Positions 1-12,054 of a stretch of 64,000 nucleotides of DNA are shown in pieces. Positions within the stretch are counted from its first letter, which is position 1; every line of letters starts with the position of its first letter. The notes beneath the pieces are model-generated. The model was not told where the DNA came from. It did no database searches and was given only the letters and a program-made list of their open reading frames with translations. Both the position numbers and the translations under genes were made by a program. This DNA is from Pseudogymnoascus verrucosus (Eukaryota). The DNA lies in NCBI GenBank assembly GCA_001662655.1, contig KV460238.1; one strand, given 5' to 3'.

Positions 1-523
1 ATACACAATACCCTCCGAATGTGATGTGTGCCCATCGTCTCGTCCGGCATCGCACCAACGGTATCGCAAAGCACGAAACGGGATGGAGTACAAGCGGAGA
101 TCCTCTACTGGACGAGGGACGACGCTCTCGCTCTGATAACACCACCGTGCCATGCGGTGGCTTATCTTTGCCCACACACAACAGCGCCAATCATCCACTC
201 TCACCCACAACCTGGAAACATCTTGTCATCGTCGTGGCTTCAACATCGTAACTCATTCGTAACTCCAAGTTGACATAGATAGATAGTGTGTACATCGGAT
301 CTACCTGCATACACCTCCAACCCCACCACATGTCTGACCCTCCCATCCTGTCTCATCTACCAAACAAAACGCTCGTGACCACCAACACAATTGTCTCTCC
401 CACCTGCCAAACCCCCCCCCCACCAGAAATACGCCTCGCTATGCTAAACCCAGAACGTGACACATGTTGCCAGCCTCATGACGAAAAACAGCCCATGTTT
501 TCCCCCTCCCTAGTATTTTGCCC

Positions 524-1891
524 CTACGACTCCCGCGCGCCAACCATCGATTCTAGCTTCCCCGCCAAGACGCGGTGCTTCCTGATAACATCCACCCACT
601 CCTCCGTGTCCTCGCCCTCCTCCTCCAGGAACGTGAGGATCATGCTGAAGTCCCCGCCCAGCCGGCCCAGACTGGCCGCGCAGTAGAGAACCTGCGTTAG
701 TAAGCTGTCGCGCGTCGCGCGGTCCTGCACGTTCGGGAGGTACTTCTTGAGCGTATCGAGGAGCACGCCGACGAGGTGCAGCGGGAACGTCGACAGCGAC
801 GACGGCAGGGGCTGGAGCATATCGCTGTCCCCCTTCCCCTTGCCTCCCACGCCCTCCACCTCGCCCTCCGCGGCCGCCGGGAAGATGCTCCGGAACATAG
901 AAATGATAGCGAAGCTCTGCTCGCGGAAAATCTCAATATAGCGCTTTAGATAGCGTTCCGTTTGCTGACCCCCCGACCACGCGGTGCTCGGGTCCTTCTT
1001 CGTGGCGGACGAGGCGTTGTTTGATAGCTCTTGGTCTGCGAGTTCCCGTAGCGGCTCCAGCGCACCAAGCATGGCCATCAGGTTGGCGAGGCGGCAGACG
1101 AGGAAGAGGCCCCCGAGGCTGCCTTCGTGGCTGCTGCCTACTTCGGAGCCGGGTGTGTCGAGCTCGGGGGCGATGCGGCGCAGCCAGCTGATGGTGCGCA
1201 TTGCGGCTGCGAGCTTTAGACCTTGTGCTTTTAGACTTGATATTAGATTCGTTGTCATGGCTTGCATCTCTTCTTCTGCCTGTACTGTGACCGACGACAC
1301 CAATCGTGATTCCGGGTATAGTCCATGTAGTCGCCGGATGTGCGCATTTAGATCTAGCGCAGAGGCATAGTTGATTGTGGCAGATGAAGACGTATTGTTT
1401 GTCGAGCTAGTTGCGCCAGACGTAGATATCGCCGAGGAGAGGAGGGTGGGGAGCTCGAGGACATCACCCAGGCGGTCCGAATTGCGGGAGAGTAGTAAGG
1501 CCTTGCGCCGCCTGTCTAGGATGGCATTCTCTGTGTTCTTGTTGTAGGTTGTGGCGAACCGAAGCGCCTCTTCGTCTAGCTTTGGTATGGCATCCTGAAG
1601 CTTCGTTGTGCTCTCCGCTATAGCTGGGAGAGTAGTCTGTAGTGAGGAGAGGTGGTCGGAAGAGGCTATGACGGCCTTGTGCGACCGCGATGAGAGGGCT
1701 TGGAGAGATAGCAGCAGTGAGTGGGATGTTTGCGCCAGCGATTGGGGCTCCGTGTCACTGAGTGAGGATAACGGGAGGGTCGTGAGCCTGGTAAGGTAGG
1801 TGGATGTGATAGGGTCACTGGGCGCCCTCAAAGACGCAGACGAAGTCTGGCCAAGGTGAGGAGCCAAAAGCTCATAAAGAGAGTCAGACAT
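524..1891 (-). CDS. COG8: Conserved oligomeric Golgi complex subunit 8 (Dor1-like)
   Basis: Intronless ORF, likely ATG at 1891 (MSDSLYELL). Dor1-like motifs 'DVLELPTLL', 'NYASALDL', 'YLKRYIEIFREQSFAIISMF', 'LLTQVLYCAASLGRLGGDF'. Confidence 0.88.
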   Translation of the reverse strand: MSDSLYELLAPHLGQTSSASLRAPSDPITSTYLTRLTTLPLSSLSDTEPQSLAQTSHSLLLSLQALSSRSHKAVIASSDHLSSLQTTLPAIAESTTKLQDAIPKLDEEALRFATTYNKNTENAILDRRRKALLLSRNSDRLGDVLELPTLLSSAISTSGATSSTNNTSSSATINYASALDLNAHIRRLHGLYPESRLVSSVTVQAEEEMQAMTTNLISSLKAQGLKLAAAMRTISWLRRIAPELDTPGSEVGSSHEGSLGGLFLVCRLANLMAMLGALEPLRELADQELSNNASSATKKDPSTAWSGGQQTERYLKRYIEIFREQSFAIISMFRSIFPAAAEGEVEGVGGKGKGDSDMLQPLPSSLSTFPLHLVGVLLDTLKKYLPNVQDRATRDSLLTQVLYCAASLGRLGGDFSMILTFLEEEGEDTEEWVDVIRKHRVLAGKLESMVGARES

Positions 1892-2290
1892 TGCCGTGGC
1901 ATGCAAGGGCCCAGACCAGCATCATATGAGCTTATTGGGCTTATTCAAAGAATATTATCACGAGGTAGCCTTGTGGAAGCAACGTGGAAAGGAAGGCTGT
2001 CAAGGTTGCAGCACCGCCTTTCTTTCAGCCTCGGCATCCTCCGTTTAGGCACGAGGTCCAACGAAGGCGCTTGTGTGGGGCGATCACCCCAGTGCTAGCT
2101 ATGGTCATCGTGACTACTGCCCCAACGAATTCAGACTGCGTTGAACTCTCTCACAGTTCATCGCGTCTGCCTTCGTAGGCCTGCGCCCCTCTGACTGTAA
2201 ATAAGAAGCTTCGTCGCCCGACTCTCTCTCAAAAGCCTCATCTGCGACCTACCGAACCGATCTGGCACATTCCTTAGAAACCCCGCGACG

Positions 2291-3363
2291 ATGCGTGACT
2301 TCATACCCCCCATACCCTTCCTAGCGAAGGCGATTACTCCGTTCTCAGAGTATATCGGCGCAACAACACTGCCTCTGCACATTCACGAGGTCGTCATTTC
2401 ATATTTCGCATATACTTTCATCAATAAGAAGGTCGCACCAGCCGTATCGACATGGCTCTTTCCCCAGAAATATCCGGCGCTCTCGGCCGAGAAGAAGTTC
2501 AACTGGAACGTCCATGTGGTGTCGCTGTGCCAGAGTCTGTTGGTTAACAGCACGGCTCTCTATGTCATCTTGACTGATGACGAGCGCAACAACATGACCT
2601 GGCAGGAGCGGGTTTGGGGCTATACCGGGGCGTCTGGGATGGTTCAAGGTTTGGCTACAGGGTACTTCCTCTGGGATCTGGTTATCACTATCCAAAATGT
2701 CAAGATGTTTGGCCTGGGAATGCTGGCGCATGCCGTCAGCGCCTTGACGGTGTTCTCTTTTGGCTTTGTAAGTAATCTGGGAGAGCTTCAAGGTGCTGCG
2801 CTAACGAGATTCCTTCACAGAGACCCTTCGTTAACTACTATGCCTCGACATTCATCCTTTACGAGCTCTCCTCGCCGTTCCTGAACTTCCACTGGTTCTT
2901 TGACAAACTGAACCTGACCGGATCTCGTCGCCAGCTCGTCAACGGCATACTGCTCCTCACCACCTTCTTTGGCTGCCGTCTATGCTGGGGAACATACCAG
3001 TCTCTGCGCGTTTACCAGGACATGTGGATGGCATTGCACCACACTCCTGGCGACACTTACGGAAAGGTTGACGCTCCCAACCACGACGAAATCATGAAGT
3101 ACACGAAAGAGGAGTTCATCCCACTCTGGCTGGCAGTCACCTACCTCGGAAGCAACCTCGTCCTGAACGCACTGAACTTCTACTGGTTTGCCAAGATGAT
3201 CGACGCTCTGCGCAAGCGCTTCGTCCCCGCCGAGAAGGCCAGCTCGAAGCCAAAGCTGGCCATGACTGGCGCTAACGGCACGGTGAAGATCGAGGCCGAT
3301 GAGACTACGGTGCGCCGCAGAAATGTGCCTCTCTCAGAGGCAGATATCGTGCCGATTCCGTGA
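2291..3363 (+). CDS. TLC (TRAM/LAG1/CLN8) domain membrane protein, TMEM56-like
   Basis: Two exons; intron 2768-2820 (GTAAGT..GCTAAC..CAG). Motifs 'WNVHVVS', 'GYFLWD', 'YELSSPFLNFHWF', 'LNALNFYWF'; multiple hydrophobic segments. Confidence 0.85.
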
Positions 3364-3942
3364 AAGGCTCGGGTGCTCAATATAACCAAGCTATGATGGC
3401 TCATATTGGATATGAGATTAACGACGTTCGGCCTCCTTTTCTTTTTGGAACGACATAGTTCAGGGTCAACGGTGTAGTATACAGAGTCGCGGGAGGGTGA
3501 TGGAAGGGTACTCTGTTGGGAGCGAAACGGCACAGGGAGCAGAACGAGCTCCCTGCTTTTCTTGTTTATACGTACAGTGGGTTGAGGATACTAGAACCTA
3601 TAAGATCACGAGTATAAATACATTTCTACCAAACACTATTGAAATCTACGATCCATACCAATAATTAGGGATATTTACTTTTCTTCTAAATATGATATTT
3701 ACAAACCATGTGAGAAGTTACTGAATGAGGCCATTTCAAGTGCAGTTGTTTGTGGGGATCCTCTTAAAGCTCAGGGAGGCAAGGCTGACAACTACCGAAT
3801 GGGGCGGGGCTGGTGCTCGCTTGCCAAGCTCTCTGAACCTCATGGTAGCCTCACGCCTTACACGCAACGAACCCTGGCGGCTTGCTTCACAACCACAACG
3901 TTTTAGGCCTCAAGGTAATCTAATCTAGAGACTATTGCGACA

Positions 3943-5194
3943 ATGGCGTCTGCCAGCTCTTCCCAAGTCGAAAAAGAGGTTAACACCTTGCTCCATCAGC
4001 AAGAAGACTCAGCCAAACATGGCCGCCCAGCAGACCCCGAAGCCGTCGACACCATCATCACCAAACTCTTCACCTCCAACATCGGCAGCATAGCCATCCG
4101 CGAGCTCAGTCAGCGCCTAATCCTCCTCGTTCAAACCCCCGGCTTCGTCCTCAGCGACCGGATCGAAATATGCACCACCCTCCTCGGTAAAATCGAACAG
4201 TATCAAGCATCTCAAGAAGAACAGATCGCTGAGCTCCGCATGATCCTCGCAAACACCTACGAAGCTCTCGAAGACTTCCACTCCGCGGCCCAAATGCTCG
4301 CCGCCATCCCGCTCAACTCCTCGCAGCGCAAGATCTCCTCAGAAGACAAAGCCGCGACGCTAATCCGCATCGTACGTCTACACCTCGAATGCGACGACCC
4401 CACCTCCGCCGAAACCTACCTCAACAAGTTCAAGAACATCATGCACGAAGTCACCAACCCAACTTCGCTCATCCACTTCCAAGTCTCCCAAGCCCGTATC
4501 CAAGACTCCCGCCGCGACTTCCTCGCTGCCGCAAAGGGATACGAGGATATCAGCCACGACCCCTCCATCGGCGAAGACGAGCAGCTCCACACCCTCTCCA
4601 TGGCACTAAAATGCGCGGTCCTCGCCCCCGCCGGCCCCGCTCGCTCGCGCGCCCTAAAGCGCCTCTATAGCGATGAGCGCGCGCCGCAGCTGGAGGAGTT
4701 CGCGATCTTGGAGAACATGCACCTGCAGCGTGTGATTGCGCCTGCTGAGATTTCGAAGTTCGCCGAGGGACTGCAGGAGCACCAGCTCGCGAGGATGAGT
4801 GATGGGTTGACGGTGCTGGATCGGGCGATGTTTGAGCATAATCTTTTGGCGGCGAGTAGGCTGTATGCGAATATTGGGTTTGGGCCGCTGGGAGAGCTGC
4901 TGGGGATTGGGGGCGAGAAGGCGGAGGAGATGACGGCGAAGATGATTGAGCAGGGACGGTTGGGGGGGAGGATTGATCAGATTGAGGAGGTGATTTGGTT
5001 TGAGGGAGCGCGCGAGGGGGGAGGGGGGGTGCTGAGGCAGTGGGATTTTAATGTGGAGGGGTTGGCAGAGGGGGTGGAGGGGATTATGGGACAGTTGCAG
5101 GCGAAGCATCCGGTATGTGAGATTTGAGTCCTGGGAAAATACTGATGAGCTAACTGGGGTGTAGGAGTTTGTTGTGAAGAATCTGGTGGTATGA
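3943..5194 (+). CDS. CSN4: COP9 signalosome subunit 4 (PCI domain)
   Basis: Motifs 'CAVLAPAGPARSRAL', 'VLDRAMFEHNLLAASRLYANI', 'GRIDQIEEVIWFE'. Intron 5113-5164, then short last exon EFVVKNLVV*. Confidence 0.92.
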
Positions 5195-5699
5195 GGAGCG
5201 GGGAGGCTTTATGATGGAACGACGGCAGCATTAGAGTTACTGGGAGTTTGAGCGGGTGCATTACGAGACTGGATGACGGCGTCTGGGGTACTGAAAAATT
5301 TAGCATTTATCCACAAGAATCAACCTTTTCATGAGGACTGTGGATTCACCAAGATATGAGCGAAAATAACCATGAAGTTTGGAAACACGTCGAGGTTGTA
5401 AACCAACAGCAGCTTGATATCTATAAATCACGTGATGTGTGTCCGTTGTCCGGTCAGCGTATTTACAGTGGAGAATTGACCCTGTATCAACCCATCCAAT
5501 CACCTCCCCCGACCACCCCGTCGCGGACCTCGAATTCCACGCGATAATTTTGTCCTCCCCCCCCGAAACCTCTAATTCCATTTACCCCAATAGCGACAAC
5601 CTTTCGGCCATGAAGAGGAGAGCTCATACGCCGTAACCCAGCATTGAACTTACTATATAGCTCTATACTCGCCCAACGACAACGCGACGCCCGCCCGAT

Positions 5700-8411
5700 A
5701 TGGCAACCGCGTCCCCAACACCACTGGGCTCAAGCCACTTCGGCAATCAGCAGATGCGCCGACCTTCGTCGAGACAGGCCTTACGACAGGTCCCACCAGC
5801 ACGACCGACTTTTGTGCGGAGAGAAGCTGCTGCGGCGGCGAATGGGAACCTGGCAGAACAGCTGCCGACTTCTAAGACGCGCCGCTATTCCGATCATGAT
5901 AGCTCGGATGACGACCTACCTGTGCCGATGAAGTTCAGCGCCCTCACGAATGCGCTGTTGAATGATGAAGCTTCAATGCTTGGCTCTGCTTCACCAGCTT
6001 TAGCTGCAAACGAAAACAACCTGTCTGGCTCAACGGCAGTCGCGCAGAGACATACATATACCGCCGACCCCCCAGCACACGAACAGATGGCCCGAGAGCG
6101 CACGGCGTCCCCGGCGATGGTATCTCGCACCCACAGCCCATATCCCCGACGAGTAGTACGCCTAAGTGGCACCCCCGGCTCAGCATCCCTTCGCCGGACG
6201 ACAAGCTTGTCGAACTCTGTGAGAGCGCCGAGTGAGCAGGTGCCGTCGAGACCGGGAAGCCCACTGGACTTAAGTACACCAGCACCATATCCGAGGACTG
6301 TACGGATACCAATCACAGCCTCTTCGAATCATGGATCGTCGTTTGGATCTAGTGGACGGGCGTCAAATCGTGTTGGCTCTGGATCGGGAGCGCGATCAGC
6401 GGCGCTGGAACAGGAGGAGATGGAAGACCCGGCTACGATTGCGAGGCCGTATAATGCTACTAGTCTGGGCAGTGTCACGAGATATGGGAATTCGACAGCG
6501 AACAGAACGAGGTATGGGGAGGAAATGGGAATGCAGAGTTCGATGAGAGTGAAGCGCCTCGGAAAAGCTGGTAGTTTCTTGAGTGGCCCTGCAAGAAGAG
6601 GCAAGAGGAGACAGAGTGAGGAGGAGCAGGGTCCTGGGCAGGATGCTGAGGGTGCGGAATCCGCTTTCTCGAGCCAGGAACGCCAGAGCCAGGAGCCGGA
6701 GAATCAAGCAGCGGAAGGCCATGATGCTGGGAGCGGGGAGGCGGCATCGAGTCAGGAGTCTGAGGCGCCGAAATCGTCGTTTTATTCGGCTTCGCAGTAC
6801 AGGGACTTTGCGTCTGGTAGCCCTATGAGTGGGAGGGAGGCATTAAAACAAGCCCGTCCCTCGCCGCCGATGGCTGTGTATAATCGCCCTGCGGATCCTG
6901 TTGTTGAGCAGGCCAGGCCTCCACCGTCGGACAACGCACCACCCGCTCAACTTGCACAGCCTGTCTTTAAGCTTCCTGCGCCAAGGCCGGAGATGCCATC
7001 GAGCCATGATCAGGAAAATGAGGCACCTCCCACTTTTAAGCGCAATAAGGCACCGCCATCGGTGCTTCTTGATAAAATCGACAAAGTCCCTCTACGCCCA
7101 CAAAGCTCGGATTTGAGCGCCATGCGTGGTACTGTCTCTCCAGTGCGCCAACCACTAGCTGCAAGATCCCAAAATACTCCGCGCCGCCCTGCGCCGCCGC
7201 CCCCTAAGATGTCGCTCTTGGAAACTGCCACTGCTACGGCGGGCGCGGCGACCACCTCGCATTCGTCTAAGAAGAGGAATAATATCAGAGTTAATGGCAA
7301 GAGTTATACGAGACTGGAGATTTTAGGGAGGGGTGGCAGTAGTAAGGTGTGGAGGGTAATGGCGGAGAATGGGAAGATCTATGCTTTAAAACGCGTTAGT
7401 CTGGAGGATGCGGATGAGAATGCTGTGACAGGTTATAAGGGAGAGATCGATCTATTGAGGAAGCTGGAAGGAAACGATCGTGTAGTAACGATATTGGACT
7501 ACGAGATGAACGACGAGAAGCAGATGCTGAGTGTGGTAAGTCCCCCTTCTCCCCCCCTTACAAGCACAATTTTTCTAACCCACACCTCACAGCTCATGGA
7601 GATGGGCGAGCTTGACTTCAACCGCATCCTCAGCCTCCGCTACAACACCGAGGACGCCGTCTTCGACCCCTCCTTCACGCGCTACTACTGGCGCGAGATG
7701 CTCGTCTGCATCGCCGCTGTCCACTCCCACGACATCGTGCACTCGGACCTCAAGCCCGCCAACTTCGTGCTTGTCAAGGGCCTGCTCAAGCTCATCGACT
7801 TCGGCATCGCTAACGCCATCCAGACAGACGAGACTGTCAACGTGCACCGCGACACCCAGGTCGGCACGCCGAATTATATGAGTCCCGAGAGTCTTATGGA
7901 TTCTAGCGAGCTCCCTGAGAATAAGGCACCAGGAGCTATGCGGGGGCACAGCAGCGGGCCGAGAGTTATGAAACTGGGCAAGCCGAGCGATATCTGGAGT
8001 CTAGGCTGTATCCTCTACCAGATGGCCTATGGCCGCCAGCCATTCGCGCATATCTCCAACCAGCTGAGCCGCTGCCGCGCCATCATCGATTGGAACTACG
8101 CGATCGAGTTCCCCTCGCGCGGCCTCGGCGGCGTGACGCTCCCGCAGTCGTTGATTCGGCTGCTAAAGAGGTGTTTGGAGAGGGATCAGCATAAGCGGCC
8201 TACTGCTGCGGAGTTGTTGAGCGACCAGGATGAGTTTTTGAATCCGAGGGAGTTGCCGGAGGGGGCGCTGCCGATGACGGAGGAGCTGTTGGGGAGGATA
8301 TTGTGTAGTGTTGTGGGGAAGTGTAGGGGGAGAGAGGTGGGGGAGGGGGAGGTGATGGGGGTTTGGGCGGGGGCGTATTTTGAGAGTTTGAGGAAGAATT
8401 TGGGTGCGTAG
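5700..8411 (+). CDS. MPS1: Mps1/TTK spindle-checkpoint protein kinase
   Basis: Long disordered N-terminus, then kinase domain with 'LGRGGSSKVWRV', 'IVHSDLKPANF', 'KLIDFGIANAIQ', 'QVGTPNYMSPE', 'SDIWSLGCILYQM'. 57-nt intron at 7536-7592. Confidence 0.93.
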   Translation: MATASPTPLGSSHFGNQQMRRPSSRQALRQVPPARPTFVRREAAAAANGNLAEQLPTSKTRRYSDHDSSDDDLPVPMKFSALTNALLNDEASMLGSASPALAANENNLSGSTAVAQRHTYTADPPAHEQMARERTASPAMVSRTHSPYPRRVVRLSGTPGSASLRRTTSLSNSVRAPSEQVPSRPGSPLDLSTPAPYPRTVRIPITASSNHGSSFGSSGRASNRVGSGSGARSAALEQEEMEDPATIARPYNATSLGSVTRYGNSTANRTRYGEEMGMQSSMRVKRLGKAGSFLSGPARRGKRRQSEEEQGPGQDAEGAESAFSSQERQSQEPENQAAEGHDAGSGEAASSQESEAPKSSFYSASQYRDFASGSPMSGREALKQARPSPPMAVYNRPADPVVEQARPPPSDNAPPAQLAQPVFKLPAPRPEMPSSHDQENEAPPTFKRNKAPPSVLLDKIDKVPLRPQSSDLSAMRGTVSPVRQPLAARSQNTPRRPAPPPPKMSLLETATATAGAATTSHSSKKRNNIRVNGKSYTRLEILGRGGSSKVWRVMAENGKIYALKRVSLEDADENAVTGYKGEIDLLRKLEGNDRVVTILDYEMNDEKQMLSVVSPPSPPLTSTIFLTHTSQLMEMGELDFNRILSLRYNTEDAVFDPSFTRYYWREMLVCIAAVHSHDIVHSDLKPANFVLVKGLLKLIDFGIANAIQTDETVNVHRDTQVGTPNYMSPESLMDSSELPENKAPGAMRGHSSGPRVMKLGKPSDIWSLGCILYQMAYGRQPFAHISNQLSRCRAIIDWNYAIEFPSRGLGGVTLPQSLIRLLKRCLERDQHKRPTAAELLSDQDEFLNPRELPEGALPMTEELLGRILCSVVGKCRGREVGEGEVMGVWAGAYFESLRKNLGA

Positions 8412-8724
8412 TGGAGGAGGGGGCGGATGTGGTGTGAGGATGGTTTATATTAATTTTGTGGGAGTATTGTGTTGGAGTACAGTTAAAACAGGCGTTTTGA
8501 CTTGGGATGGGAGGGAAGCGTTTAATGGGTTCATGAAGCGGAGTGCAAGACTCCAAACTGGAGGCTGCACCTTTTTATAGCGGATTTTTTTATACCCTTC
8601 GAAATTTTATATGTTCTTCAAACGTAACGAGATGTTTTATATGTTGTAAGCCGTGCCTTGTATTGCGTATCATTGAGGGGAGTCTGGCTATTTACGCAAA
8701 ACACAACAACAAAAAACCAAAAAA

Positions 8725-8787
8725 ACATACAACAGTAGGTATTTGCTAGTAGTCACCCACCCAACTACTAATCTACCGATTTCAAGC
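8725..8787 (-). rRNA. 5S rRNA gene, 3' half (interrupted/pseudogenised)
   Basis: Minus strand reads GCTTGAAATCGGTAGATTAGTAGTTGGGTGGGTGACTACTAGCAAATACCTACTGTTGTATGT followed by a T-run (Pol III terminator). Matches the ascomycete 5S 3' domain with a few C>T/G>A changes. Confidence 0.9.
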
Positions 8788-8931
8788 AAACACCTGGATA
8801 ATTTGTGCCATCTGGCCTAGTGGGTGAGCCTCGCTGCCCTTGCCCTTATTTTGAGATGGCGACCACCTTGACCACCTTGATCGCCCAAAAGTGGGTCTAT
8901 TTTTGACGACGCGTTACACCGCGACATTGGA
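8783..8931 (+). repeat. Direct repeat copy 1 (5'-truncated at the 5S junction)
   Basis: caagcaaacacctggataat..gtgccatctggcctagtgggtgagcc..cccaaaagtgggtctattttt..acgcgtt..cgcgacattgga aligns with 12520-12676 and 17701-17902. Confidence 0.9.
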
Positions 8932-8938
8932 TGCACGC

Positions 8939-9058
8939 AGGTGAGCTAGGTGAGTGGGTGAGCAAGGTGAGCAGGGTGAACAGGGTGAGCAAGGTGAGCA
9001 GGGTGAGCAGGGTGAGCAGGGTAAGTAAGGTGAGCTAGACAGGTAAGAAAGGTGAGTA
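8939..9058 (+). repeat. Tandem array of 9-bp (G/A)GGTGAGCA units, ~13 copies
   Basis: Read directly: gggtgagca aggtgagca gggtgaaca gggtgagca aggtgagca gggtgagca gggtgagca gggtaagta.. Confidence 0.92.
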
Positions 9059-9898
9059 TAGCGGACCTAAGAAAATGGTATTTAACATGAGGCTACTAGC
9101 GGAGGAGATAGTGATATATTACACGCAGCTTATAAGATTCATGCCAAAGCTGTAGAAACAGTGCTTTAATAAGCTTTCTCCTGCTTAGGTAAGGAAAGTA
9201 GAGGTTGCGACAAAGGACTGAATTACCTTGTCTTAGACTGCGGGGGGATACAATGGAAAAGGGTTGAACAAGGCTTTTGGGCTATAGTAATTCTGTTATT
9301 CGCACCCTCTGCTATTAGGCAAGCTAATAAGGGTACAAAGTAATCCGCATATCTACGAATAATTCCTCTCCTAGACGTTGAAAATGCACTTAGTGACAGC
9401 TAAATAGAAATCTAAGATCGTAATCTCTAATAACTTCAAAAGATGTACATCGAATATGTAATAGCCCATTGAAGCTGTGCATACAAGGATATATAAAGTG
9501 GCTTTGCTAGCAAACATAAGTTAGTCAACCTGCTATGTGGGCAGCCTGTTCCATTCTCGTCACACCACCGTAATAGATCTAATCATGTCTAAGGATATCT
9601 ATTTACCGATCACGTTAATAAGCAGATACCAGACCACATTCGCTCCGTGGCAACTTTCAGTCTAATTATGTATCTACTACTCTACAATTAGTGTGCTCTA
9701 TATCAATCTGCACTGTACCCAAATGGCCAGAGATCGAGATCAGGTTGGTGATCCACTTCTCATGTTGGCTAGCGATATTTAAGTGTTCATGTACGATGGC
9801 ATTATCTTATAAAGGCTATGTCCTTTCTCCAAATAGCCTACCAGAGCCTGCGAGCTCGTGATTTAATCTCATGGGCTATGATCTCAATCCTCACTTCT

Positions 9899-12054
9899 TT
9901 AGCGACTATGCTCGGGGCTGGCCGCTGAGCCTGAGTCCTTACACGTGCCTAACGGCGGAGGACTCCCGACGAGACGGATTTGGTTATTCGAGACTCTCTC
10001 GTGCCATCTGTTCGTTCCGCGCTGAGCTCCTTCTCGGCGACGACACGCCCAGCCAACGGCGGAGGAGTGTTTGAACATTTTCACACCTGCAGCCAATGAG
10101 ATACCTGGCGGGGTGCGAACCGAAGGATTCTCCTCACTCTCCATCGCCGCTGTTGGGCTCACCGACATCCTGGTAAGTGCCTGGAGCTGCTTCTCCACCA
10201 ATTCCTTAATCGATAAAGGCCAGCGTGGTACCTTCCCGGTCGTCTGGGCAGTGAGACCCTTTTGGGAGTTCTGCGCCGCCCACTCGATCACAATTGGTGA
10301 GATGTGTCGCATGAGTTCCTCGATACACCCGTTCGCCCTGAGCGCAGGGTTATCCCTAACCCAGGGGAGACCACCAACTGCAAAGCTCAAGGCTTTGATC
10401 AAGGCAGGTTCCTGTTCGTATAAAGTACTCTTCGGACCTGGCAACCTAAGCGTGGCAAGGTTCTCTTGTAATTGACCACCAGCTGCATCACGTACAGTGA
10501 TCAGAATATCCCTCCAGGTCGGAGATTTAAACCTCTCCAGGTAGGTATCATCGCCAATATCCCCTCCGAGACTCCCCTCTAGCTGATCCAGTCGACCCTC
10601 TACAGTGGCGAAGAGATCCCGCTGCAGCTTGCGTGACTTGCGTGGGGCTTGGCTGTTATGTTCGATCGTCAAGGCCGGTATAAAATTTTGCCACAGCTGC
10701 GGCTTGTTATTCTCGCGGCCTATAACCTTGGTGGGCTCACAGTTGATCCACCGCGTGACGTGGGATATCACCTCTGACAGGATCTTCCCTTCCCTCCGAC
10801 CTGTCCGCAGCAGGGCCTGAATATCAATATATTCCTGACCCGCATTGCCTAGGACGTATCGTGCGGCGTTGTGATAGTGGCCATGCTCGAGTCCTACTAA
10901 GAACCCCGACCGGCGATACAGATGGCCCTGATCGCTGAGGTTGGCTAGGACGTCGGTAGGAGCATTAGGGTAAAATAGATCATGCATATTAGAAGATGAG
11001 CATGGTCGCGGCAGACGCACCAGGGCAGCCCAATCGCTCAGGTGAACTGCCTTGTCTAACCCTCCAGACAACTTCGAGATCGTTTTCAGCACCTCATCAA
11101 ACGGATCAAACCAGAACTGTCGCGTCGTAAGTATATCCCCACACAGTACGAACCAGACTCACATCATCAATCCGGAACCTGGCCATGTTATCCCATAGTG
11201 ATATGTTAAACGTAGACCGCCCCACGCCTGTGCGGCACCACCTCGTAATCATATCCCGCCAGCTGTTGTTCTTCCAGAGAGTCACTAGGCGACGGATTGG
11301 GAACCCGACGCAGCCACTCAGGCCAAGTGTTTCTAGCATTTCCTTCTTCACTCCGGTACTAGACCCTTGAAAGAGGGTCTTATCTTGCTCCGCCAGCGTC
11401 GCGAGCTCCATCCAGATCTGGCCGTGATTGTCTGGAAGGGTATGACCGACCCTATTCGCGCGAAGTCGGGTTCTGATACGAGGCGGGAGTGTATCTGCAA
11501 TGTTAGCAACACTGATTAATCGCATTCCGAGTTGTAAATGAGGGCCTACCTTTGTCATAGATGTCACAGATCCACCAGTGTGAGCCTTCATTCGGGTCTT
11601 CCTCCAACTTCCGCAGGAATGCCTTCACCGCCTCTACACGATGCTGCCCAACCATTATTTCTGCCCCACGCCCATTGACGGCCTCCCAGTCTTTAAAAAA
11701 CGGCCAGGGAGGTGGCGTGCCCATACGGTCCCCTCCCTCTCCAAGGTGGTCTATCATCCTCTGGACTTCATCACGCGAGCATGCTATCAGTAAACGATTC
11801 TCTTCTGCCTCTCGTTGGAGTCCTTGCTCCATGAATATCTGGCAGAGCCTATGTACATGCTGGCTATTGATCGGTCGGTTGCTGCCTACGCTCCACGAAG
11901 CTGTGAGGGCAGCAATAGGGAACTTGGCAGTAATAATCCGATACGGTTCAGCTTGTTGGCGGACAGACTTGGCACTTGTCAAATCCTCTGCTGTCTGATC
12001 GCCTCGAGCTCGCTTTAGAGGATGGTCTGGCACAGTGATCTTGCGTTTCGCCAT
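9899..12054 (-). CDS. ParB/Srx-motif protein, DUF3723-like (Starship-associated type)
   Basis: Three exons (introns ~11549-11496 and ~11162-11117) join ORFs 11503-12072, 11106-11591 and 9899-11092. N-terminal 'NRPINSQHVHRLCQIF..GLQR', 'MVGQHRVEA' (GxHRxxA) and 'WWICDIY' resemble the DUF3723/ParB-like N-terminus. Confidence 0.6.

Noticed and set aside
8939..9058. 9-bp array as a CRISPR or telomeric repeat
   Set aside because: No unique spacers, eukaryotic context, and the unit is not TTAGGG-like.
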